Shown piece by piece: positions 54,171 to 64,000 of a stretch of DNA of 64,000 nucleotides; the first letter of the stretch is position 1, and each line of letters begins with the position of its first letter. Source of the stretch: Camelus ferus (taxonomy: Eukaryota); NCBI RefSeq assembly GCF_009834535.1, contig NC_045697.1, forward strand, positions 15,130,001 through 15,194,000. The letters run 5' to 3'. Position numbers and translations under genes: made by a program. The notes beneath the pieces are model-generated. The model was not told where the DNA came from. It searched no databases and saw nothing but the letters and a program-made list of their open reading frames with translations.

Positions 54171-55354
54171 CTCTTGGAATTAGTCACTATTTCACTCTGA
54201 AGGAAATTGTTCACATCTTTCTTAGGCAAAAAGATTTTACCAGATGTTTTCCCTGTGGAAATTCATAATTACCTGGCATGAGAAGAAAGGTTAATCTAGA
54301 CATCATTCTCACACCATGACACTTGTCTTTTATGCACCTGCGTGAATCATGACACTGAAATGCAAAATAGTTTGAGGTCATTATAAGGAACCTCTTGTTA
54401 TTAATGGACTAGCTCTGCCCCATTACATGCCCATATTCGTGTTCAAAACTCTGTCCAACTATCAACATAAAACGAAAAGCATACTTTATATCAAATAAAA
54501 ACTTACCATTAAATTCAACCACAAACAAATGCAAGGCTTTGTTATTGTGAGGTTACTGAAATGAGAAGGGGCACCAGGCAGACAGCACACTGGCCAGCTA
54601 CCAATCACTTCATGCCAGATTTTGCTCTAACAGGCATCTTGTTTTATGGAGTGTTTCTGCATTTCTAATATGCTGAAGCAGAAAAATCACACAGTGAGGC
54701 TCCAGCAACACCGTGACCTACACAAAATCATGTAGGTGTCCCTTCCTGAGTCTCCCTTCCTTCTGGTACAAAATGAAGAAATTCAAGTTAAGGATCTCAA
54801 AGATGTCTTCACTCTCTAACTCCCCATGAATTTACACTTCTGCCTCACTTGGATGGTACTTCATCCAGCTCAGTAACAGTAATCAACAGTCAGCTATCAC
54901 TATAATAACACACAGCAGTCATCGAAGTACCCTCATGCTCTAAAAGCACACCACGTTGAGGAAACAGAATTGAAAACGGACATTTTTACACTAAGTATAC
55001 TATGACTTATGATTACACTGTACCATTTCTACAGGAGGATGCGATGGCAGGTAAGTGACATTGTCAAACACACCAATGAATGGAACTAAAATATCTGCCA
55101 TGTCTAATCACAGTTACATGTACACAGACACTCACAAGCTTCCCTGTGTCAAGGTTCATATTATGCACCCCGCCACCAGCAAACCACTGATCATTCACAG
55201 GCGGGGAAATTTACACTCTGCCTCCGTATCTTAATGAATCCATTACAAACACAGAACTTCACTGGCTTATTATTTCTTAACCTTTCAGTTCTTTAATTCT
55301 TGAATAATGTTACTGAAAATTTATACTTTTTAATGATTTTCCTCTTTCATGTGG

Positions 55355-55708
55355 TGCTACTGACAATGTTTGTGTTGCTCTCAAAATTCATACGTTGAAT
55401 CCTAACCCTGTAACGTGATGGTATGAGGAGGTGGGGGACTTTGGGTGATTACATCACGAGGGCAGAGCCCCTCATGATTAGTGCCCCTAAAAAAGGGCCC
55501 CGGAAAATTCTCTTGCCTTTTCTGTCATGTAAGGTTATACTGAGAAGACAGATGTCCATGAACCAGGAAGCAGGTCCTCCCCAGATACCAAACCTGCCAG
55601 TGCAATGACTTTGACTTCAGTCTCCAAAACTGTGAAAAATAAACTTTTTTTTGTTTATAACTCACCCAGCCTATGGTATTTTTGTTCAACAGCTTGACTG
55701 AACTGACA
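55355..55708 (+). mobile_element. MaLR LTR (MLT1A class)
   Basis: aatgtttgtg...caaaattcatacgttgaatcctaaccc...gagggcagagcccctcatga...aactgtgaaaaataaac...aactgaca. Confidence 0.92.
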
Positions 55709-56485
55709 TATAACCATTAGTAAAAGTTGAAGTTTTCCTTTAAATGTCCAATATAAATATAAATGTATATTCTTTCATGCCCAAAGAAAGTATTCTTTAA
55801 CCCAGAGGAAACATTTTCTGATAAAAATAAATAAATACTTATATTTTAAATAAAAACTGGGAGTTGTAAAACAATGCTATGAAAGTCAGATAATCTTTGA
55901 CACATTCATATTCTAAGATGTCAATCTGCCAAACACAGAAACATTTGCACAAGGATGTCTTCTTGAAACCAGATATAATGGCATGTTTGGAATGTGACAA
56001 AAAGATGTCAAAAACCTCAAGAGTGTAACTAAAAAGCCAAACACAACACTTTATCCCCAGAGATACGTTTTCACTTGGAACGAGCTGATGAAAATCCAAG
56101 TACATCCAGGAGAAATGAAGAATTCTTCATCAAGTCACTCCTACAACTCGTGGCTTCTTCGCAGGGATTTTCATTTGTCTCATCATGATCAAGCCCTAAA
56201 TTTAGTTTCTTTCGATTCTTTGCCAGAGTAAATTTGATCAACTATCTTTGAGTCAATGCTGAGGTGACGTTAATTTAATATTTACAAAAACCTTCACGAC
56301 CAAGTGTCATTTCTTGCATCCAAATGGTCTTTTAAGCTAAACTAGCTGATGTAAAGCCACGATGAAATTGTTCTTGAACCATGAAGGTGCATTATTGACT
56401 GCCCCTACTCCCACCTGCTCCCTGCCAAACAACAGGTCATTTGTATGTACAGTAGTGGAGATGGATTTGTTTGTTCCATCTAAAC

Positions 56486-57397
56486 TAGTAGGTTTCGACT
56501 CTTCCTGTGTATCAGAATCACCCAGAGAGCTTAAAAAAAAAAAAAGCCACAGATTCTCAGACCCCTTATCCAGAGATTTTTTTTTTCTAACAGCTTTATT
56601 GGAATATAATTCACATACCATGCACTTCACCCATTTAAAGTGTCCAATTCAGTGGACTTGGTATATTTACAGGGCTGTGTAGCCATCACCATAATTTTGG
56701 AACATTTTCATGACTAAAAAAACTCCATACTCACCATGTGTCATCCCCAACCCTCCCTTTCGCCAAGCCCTAAATCACCACTCATGTACTTTCTGTCTCT
56801 ATAGATTTGCCGATTCTGGACATTTCACATAAATGGAACCATATACTATGTGGCCTTTTGTGTCTGGCCTCTTGGACATAGCACAAGTTTTTGTTGCAGC
56901 ATAAATGGGTACCCCCTTTCCTTTTTATTGACAAAGAATATGTAATTGTGTGGGAAAGCCACATTCTATTTTTCCATTCATTTGCTGATGGCCATTTGGG
57001 TTGTTTCCACTTTCTGGCTATTATGAATAATGCTACCATTATCATTCATGTACAGGGTTTTGTGTGGGCTTATCTTCTCATTTCCCTTGCTATAGATCTA
57101 GGATTGAAATCTCTGGGTCATGGGGAAACTCTATGTTTAACCTTTTGAGAAACTGCAAGATTTTTCCCACACTTGATGCACCGTTTTATAACCCTACCAG
57201 CAGTACACGAGGGTTCCAATCTCTCCCAGTCCTTGCCAATCCTTGTTATTGTCTGATCTGCCGTGTTATAGCTCTGCTAGTGGGTGCCTCCCAGAGAGTC
57301 TAATTCATCTGGTGTAGCCGTTGTGTCCAGGTCTTGTGTTTGTTTATTGTTTTAAGCTCCAGACTGAGATTCTTAAAACCAGGGTTGAGAGTCACTG
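56486..57397. mobile_element. MER5-like hAT MITE split by an L1MB insertion
   Basis: Left half gtatcagaatcacccagagagcttaaaaa...cagattctcagacccc; right half ccagagagtctaattca...ccagggttgagagtcactg. Confidence 0.75.
56579..57287 (-). mobile_element. L1MB-like 3' end
   Basis: aacagctttattggaatataattcacataccat...cacccatttaaagtgt...ctgtctctatagatttgcc...ttgggttgtttccactttctggctattatgaataatgct. Confidence 0.92.
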
Positions 57398-58914
57398 TTC
57401 TAGCCTTTATCAAAGAGTGCCTCATGTGATCAAAAAATGGCTGTGAAAGAATAAGGGTTATGTCTCTAGCCTGGAACTTGGAAAACTACATCTGCCAAGT
57501 GGAGGTCAATCAAACAACTCCCAACTCATCTCCAAATCTCCAACCCCAACAAATGACTAATTCTCCCAATCAGAAATTGTTCATCAGCACCGCCTCCTGT
57601 AGGGACAAATTAGCTCTTCGTCCTGAACTACACTCTCCTCTACCATTTTAACTCCATTTTGTCAAACAAACTCCAGCTGAAAAACCTTCTCTTCCAGGAA
57701 CCTTGTCTCTTTTAACATTTCCCTGAAATGAGTGTGGGGAGGTTGAGCTACAAGTCAGAAATACCAAAGGCAGGACTTTCAGAGTTCATACCGTCTCCTG
57801 CAGAATCTTTAAATAACCAGAGGTAAACCTGAGATGCCCTAGGAAGCTCTGAAAGATACGTCTTTTAAAGTGACAGAGAAGGCAGGGGTAATGAAGGGGC
57901 GTCCCTGCAGAACGATACCACAGCTGTCCCAGCACAACATGCGACTCTCGGGGGAAGGGTTTCTGCTGCTGACAGTCCCCTGAGCTGAGCAACAAACTTC
58001 TACACGCCTCTCTGGCCTCATTTTTACATTTAATTTTAGAATGAGGGAGCCACTGCAAAAGGAGGGACTCACCCATCAACTGTGCCATGGAAACTTCCTT
58101 CAGATCACATCTCTTGCTCTAGCAAATGAAGAAGGGAGGAAAAACATCTATAAATCTGAAGGCAGGCCACTGGATAGATTTCCCCAAAGAAATTTCAAGT
58201 CAAGCCCCACAAGTCCACAGTAAGCCATGTCAATCTTATTTCAACCAGAAGATATTCACTTTTTTGCAAGTAAACCATACTGGACATTTCAACATCTGAG
58301 AGCTGGAGAAGAAAAGAAAAATCACTGTGTTACTTTTCACAGATGAATATCGTATAGATTTGAGTAACACTATTAGTGATGATAAGGCAGCCAATAACAG
58401 AAACAAGGAGTTGAAATTTTATGGGAAATAGAAAATGAATTACAAAACTGGGAGTGCTGTTCGATATATACTGGAAGTGGGACCCATTAATTAGCTGAAT
58501 GGCATTAGTACTTAGCTGAATAACTAAGCAGAGGGCACACAATTTTCAGCACATCAATCAAAGATTCTTCATTCACATGCTAATCAGCTACTCTAACCTG
58601 TCAGCTCCAAGGAAATCTCATCCCCAGCCCCTGACCTCATTAAAGTACAGCCTCGTTGGCAAGACAAAACAAGATGTGTGCACTGTACAGACATTCACCC
58701 TGTGCCAGGTATGTCACTAGACGTACAGGACACAAGACGGCTAAGGCAGCGTCTCCCCTCAAGGAGTTCACAGCTGATTCGGAAAACAAACAAACAAAAA
58801 ACTAGGAACAAATACGGATGTCTTAGTACTTTAATAAGAGTTAATGCAGAAGTAACTGTAAAAATAGTTACCATCAGTAACCCTCCCAGGCCCCACAGAA
58901 GCTCCTGCCATATT

Positions 58915-59050
58915 CACAAAAGCCTGCTAAAGTGGGCATGCTCGTGGCTTTGTCATTGTAAAAACAGAGTAGCTGAGGCTCAGAGAGGTTATGTGTCTTG
59001 CCTCCAGTCACACAGCTAGAGCAGGCATTAGAACCCAGGGCTAACTGGCC
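58915..59050 (-). mobile_element. MIR SINE
   Basis: aaacagagtagctgaggctcagagaggttatgtgtcttgcctccagtcacacagctag. Confidence 0.8.
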
Positions 59051-59189
59051 ACAAAGTTCCCAGTTTTCTCTACAACATGCCATTCCTACAGAGGAATTGC
59101 ATACGATGGCAGCAAAGAGCGAGGAATGACTAACTGTGCCAGGAGGAATAGGGAAGGTTTCACAGGAGATAGCAAATAATGAAATCATA

Positions 59190-59517
59190 GGGGGTCAAAG
59201 GTACAGGCCTCCAATGATAAGATAAAGAAGTACTAGGGATGTAATGTACAACATGACTAACACTATTAACACTGCTGTGTGTTACATATGAAAGTTGTTA
59301 AGAGAGTAAGTCCAAAGAGTTCTCATCACAAGGAAAAAAATTCTTTTTCTTTTTCTTTAATTTTATATCTGTACGTGATGATGGATGCTCACTAAACTTA
59401 CTGTGGTGATCACTTCATGAGGCATACTAGTCAAGTCGTTATGCTGCACACCGTACACTTATACAGTGCTCTATGTCAATTATCTCTCAATAAAACAGGA
59501 AGGAAAAAATAATAAAA
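59190..59517 (+). mobile_element. L1M-class 3'UTR end
   Basis: gggtcaaaggtaca...tactagggatgtaatgtacaacatga...gagttctcatcacaaggaaaaaa...tatgtcaattatctctcaataaaac. Confidence 0.85.
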
Positions 59518-59729
59518 TACAGTACTATTACAGAGAAATTTTAATGAGTCTATCTTGGCCTGTGAAAATGTTCATTTATTTTGTAAATGATTGAAATTTT
59601 TAAGTTTTAAAAATAAATGAATTACAGTCGTACTATTTCATCTCAGATGGCAATCCATCTTAGGAAATAACAGAAGAGAGCTACTCCAACCGCACAAAGG
59701 AAATCTGCTTTGCGCGCATCTCCGGCATA

Positions 59730-59749
59730 TGACCACTAGATGGCGACAG
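59730..59749 (+). promoter_or_regulatory. CTCF-binding motif, strong match
   Basis: tgaCCACTAGATGGCGacag matches the CTCF core and sits in a locally CpG-retaining, non-repeat patch. Confidence 0.7.
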
Positions 59750-62700
59750 CTGCACATCCATCCTAAGGCCAGTCTGCGGAATGGTCACCGTTTCAGCAGT
59801 TGGCTTCACAAAAAGTACTTCTTTTAAAAATCTAAATGTATATATGATTATTAGGTACAGCAAGTGGTTCACAGAAGATGGCTGTCTAAGCCTATGTAGT
59901 GTCTTTGGTGTATCTGTGCTAAGAACTGATTATATCTTTCATAGCTCGCTGACGTCTTCAAAACTTTAAAAGTATATATACCATATAGTTTCCTAAAAAT
60001 TGCATAAATACAGAGATTTCATTCTTTGTAGGTCACTGTTTTTACACACAACAGAAGGTATTATTTTTGTGTTCACCTTTATTAAAACAAAATCAGGGCT
60101 GAGACAGTATCACTTTATGGGAAACTTATGTTATCCCTTCTACTAAATAACGTGATTTCTAAGGCAATCTGTCCAAATTTGGCTTTTCAACAATTACTTG
60201 TGAAAATGAACATCACATTCAGTTTGTGTTAGGTTTAAAGTAAATTAATTTGAAGGAGACTCTAGAACTGAAATTTGGTTTCTTCATAGTTTTGGTCTCG
60301 ATACCCACCTGACACTTAAGTAAAGCATGGCAATGTTATTTTGGCGATGAAACTGCCAAGAGAAGTCGGCTCTGAATGTCATTTCATGGAAAGGGCTCCA
60401 GGCAAAGCCATTACGTGGAGGGGCCAAGGAAAGGAGGCTGGGAAGAAACCACGAACGTACAGTCTGCCTGCACATTAGGTTTAAGTCGTGGGAAGAAAGA
60501 ATGAGAGGCTGGAAAGAAAAATGAAAATGATCCAAAGTAAACACCATGCTCATTTTCAGGAAATAACCGATTATTAAACAACCATTTCCTGATAAGGGTG
60601 TGCGAAACTTAAAACATTTTCAAAATTGCTTGTGGATAAAAAAACACATTTCATCAATGCTGGAAATATTTACAAGCAATTACTTCAATGTTAAGACACT
60701 CTAAACACACTCGCTTTAGTGTTTTAGCAGAGTACACTCAAATTTCATAGACATCAGAACTGGAGAGGAATTTACCTCACCACAACCTCACTTCACGATA
60801 ATTTGTGTTCCACAGCTCAACTTGAAATTTTTAAAAATTTGATTTCCAGGACAGGTTTTGTATTATATTTTCATTTGAAATAAAATAGAAAACATTTTTT
60901 AAGGCAAAAGTACCGTTAATAACCAGAAGAGGGCACGATCCTCAAACCTAAAAATCCATGCTCCACTGATAAAGCACCTTTGCTCTCTTGAATGATGCTT
61001 CAGCAGAATCCAGTTTAATCACTGCACTATAATTTCTTTAAAAGAATCTAAGCATATATTTAAAGGGTGGAATTCCTGCCTTGCAGAATGTCATAACTTA
61101 CTAAGAGTAGCCATCATTTATCTAAGTTAATGACAAAAGCAGCTAAAAGGACATTCTGCACCATCACAATCCTCATGATTTATAACTTCTAACGCTTAGC
61201 TCTTGCATTCACCCAACTGGGATGTATGATTCCTCCACTTGCTTGCATAGTCACAAAAATCTCTATTCTGGGATGCTTCATTTTACGAAGACTGGTATTT
61301 TTCTCAGTTAACTGGAAAATGAACAAAACATACATGTAAGAGACTGAAGAAGGGAAAAAAAAAGGCTAAAGGATGTGAAGGGTTACAAGCACTCCTTTTA
61401 GTAATTTCAGCTTATTCCAGAAAACAAGACAAGAACAGGAAGTTATCTGGGCCAAGGCGGCGGATATGATCTTGGGATCCCTTCCAGTGAGTGAGAAGCC
61501 ACTGTCCATTCTGAAGATGCCTGGAGGAAACCCGGCTCCACTGCTCACCACTTGTGCGACCTTGGGTAGGTCACTTAATGCACGTAATAATGGCACCAAT
61601 GTCTTAGTCACTCTTTATCCCTAGATCCTATTTTTAAGGCATTTACGATTTTCTTTCTTTTTTTATTTGGCTCATTTAATTTTCAATCTATCTGCTTTGT
61701 TTCTCTCCCTCAATAGGCCACAAGCACACAGACCGTGTCTGTGCTGGCTATTCCCAGTGTCTGGAACGTGGTAGGCCCACAACAAATATTCCAGCTATAA
61801 AGGAAGTTGTATGCATGTTTCATTCAGAAGTTATGATTCCAAATGAAGGAATCCGTGAGGAGATACAGGGCAGCTCTATGAAGACACCAACCCAGAGCTT
61901 GGCACATAGTGAGCCCTAAGAATTTCCATTATGTTAATTTTTATATCGACTTCCACTCAGGGCAAATGGTATAGGTTTTTTAAAATGTGTGCTACTGACT
62001 TCAAGTTGCCTTCATAGATAACTGTATTAAGCTAAACAATGGTTTAGAAAGAGAAAACTATTAAGTAAATAATAGGGTAGGTGGTGTGTGTAACCGGCAA
62101 TAATCGTGGAAGCGGTCATGAATGACCAAAGGTTGGGACACTCATTACTTGGAGAACAAGCAGGACAGGAGGTCAGGATCAAGAGTGAGGAGCAAGGCTG
62201 GGGGTTGTGGGGAAGGTCTTGATTTGATGGCTGGGCTGGGGCCAGCAGAAGGAAGAGCAAGGACTCTCTTCCTGAGGGAACTCAGTTGTGACTTCACTAG
62301 CTACAGACATGGAGTGTATCTGAAGGTTTACCTACTGCTTTAAGTTTGTGGAGGAGAATCCTTGATTATAGAGGGCCATGACTTATGAAATTATCCACTG
62401 GATTTCAACTTACAGTAATGAGAAGCAACCATAGTTTCTGAAACCTAGAAAACTGGATATGACAGTTAAGGGCATTATTCTAAATGCTACGAGTACGTGA
62501 AAGAAATTTGCAAAGAATTCTTTGGCTCAGAGTCAACAGCTGTGAGAGGGAAACTTGTTACCTTACATGTTTGGAAGCAGAAATTTTCCATTCCTGAGAA
62601 GCAAATTGAAGGGGGGATGGCCAGTGGTAGGGTTGTACCTTTGTACCTTTAAGGTAACAAAGCATAAAATGGGCTCCTGAAAAAAATCTACACCAAATAT

Positions 62701-62772
62701 AAATGGAAATCTGTAAATCCAGTATATATAAAATGGTATCAGTTCTTCTGCAGGAAGTACCATGGGACTTAC

Positions 62773-62791
62773 CCAACAATGTTATGGTCTC
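62773..62791 (-). CDS. Candidate 19-nt internal microexon of an unidentified host gene; coding status unconfirmed
   Basis: The minus strand reads ctacttttttttttAG|GAGACCATAACATTGTTGG|GTAAGT with a long U-rich upstream tract. Open readings are ETITLL or (R/G)DHNIVG. Confidence 0.5.
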
Positions 62792-63357
62792 CTAAAAAAA
62801 AAAGTAGTTTATTCAATAATGGAAAAAAACAAATAAACAAAAAAAAGTACAATTCCTAACTTATAATTTTAAAAGTTGGAGAAAAATAAAATCAGTACTA
62901 CCTGAATCTTTCCTTTATGTAAAAACATTTAATCATATAAAATCTCTCTGTACAAATTGTCTTCCAGGCCTGAGCTCAATCTCTACGCAAACTAAAAACC
63001 TGAAAATATACCAGAGGGGAAGATAGCATTTATGCGATGCCCCCAGATTTTACTTAACTTTATTCTATGTCAAGAGCCACAGGCATTAGTGGCTGACTGA
63101 ATGGGTCTCTTTTAGATCAGTTGTTTCGTGTCATGGAAACATGCACCTGTGAGCCTCGGCGACCCCTGTGCGGTGTCTGAGTGGAGAGAGAACTCCAACA
63201 AAAAGGATGCTCAAAATGCTGACTGTGGCCCTCTGTGGAGGCTCTTAGCCTCGAACTCTGGGGGAGGTTCCTGGAATATGAGACTGAGTGCTGATCCCAA
63301 TTTCCCTTCCTCTCTCCAGCAAAACTCAGGATGACTGTCAAGTACTCCAAGCAAACG

Positions 63358-63757
63358 GGGCAGTGTCTGAATTTCGCCCCCCGCCCCATTCATACTTGAA
63401 GGCCCAACCCCTAGGACCTCAGAATGTGACTGCGTTTGGAGGCAGTGCTTTTAAGGAGATAGCTACATCAAAATGAGGCATTCGGACGGGCCCTAGTCCA
63501 TTCTGACTGGCGTCCTTATGGATAATTAGGACACTCAGGTAAGGCACCAGGGATGCTCGAGCACGGAGGAAAGGCCATGTGAGGACACAGGGACAAGGCC
63601 TCCATCTGCAAGCCAAGGGGAGAGGCCTCGGAAGACATCAAGCCTACTGACACCTTGGCCTTGGACTTCCAGCTTCCATGACTGGGACAAAAACTTCCTG
63701 TTCCTAAGCCACCCAGCCTGCGGTGTGCTGTTACGGCAGGCCTGGCAAACCAATACA
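63358..63757 (+). mobile_element. MaLR LTR (MLT1A/B class)
   Basis: ggacctcagaatgtgactgcgtttggag...gccatgtgaggacacaggg...ctgcaagccaaggggagaggcctc...taagccacccagcctgcgg...caaaccaataca. Confidence 0.92.
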
Positions 63758-64000
63758 GTCCTTGAGGGAAAGCCTGCTTCTGGCCGGCTCTGAGCAATGC
63801 TCATGAAATAATGTGATGCCGTTATAGAACCTCGGCTGTCAGGATGGAACAAGTTCAAAAACAAACGGGTTCCTTAGGATTTGGTCAACGTAAGTGAAAA
63901 TTCCAGATAAGCTTCAAATACGCTCCCCACGTGAATTGTTTTGGATGCCACATACTTGTGTACATTCTATAGAATATGTATTTTATGTTGCTTTCTGTTT

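Noticed and set aside
56115..56130. 16-bp palindrome atgaagaattcttcat
   Set aside because: About one palindrome of this length is expected by chance in 64 kb.
1..64000. ORFs of 60-132 aa in the supplied track
   Set aside because: All are short and many lie in repeats or low-complexity tracts; none resembles a protein I recognise.

Overview
Mammalian genomic DNA, most likely camelid: it has two tRNA-derived SINEs of the vic-1 type and cetartiodactyl-style L1 3' ends. The window reads as the interior of a very long intron or intron series. It is AT-rich and dense in old repeats (MIR, L2, L1M, MLT1, hAT and Tigger MITEs) and carries a few younger insertions. None of the listed ORFs looks like a real protein; many lie in repeats or low-complexity DNA and the rest resemble no protein I recognise. 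A minus-strand host gene is suggested by a strongly flanked 19-nt exon candidate at 62773-62791 and by LTRs lying mostly on the + strand; I could not identify the gene. The most notable items are that microexon, three other minus-strand exon-like segments, an intact ERV1-type solo LTR nested in an L1, a 5'-inverted L1, two CTCF-like motifs, and CpG-dense patches, one inside an old L2. I found no convincing novel biological system. Repeat family names are from recognition by eye and their boundaries are approximate.
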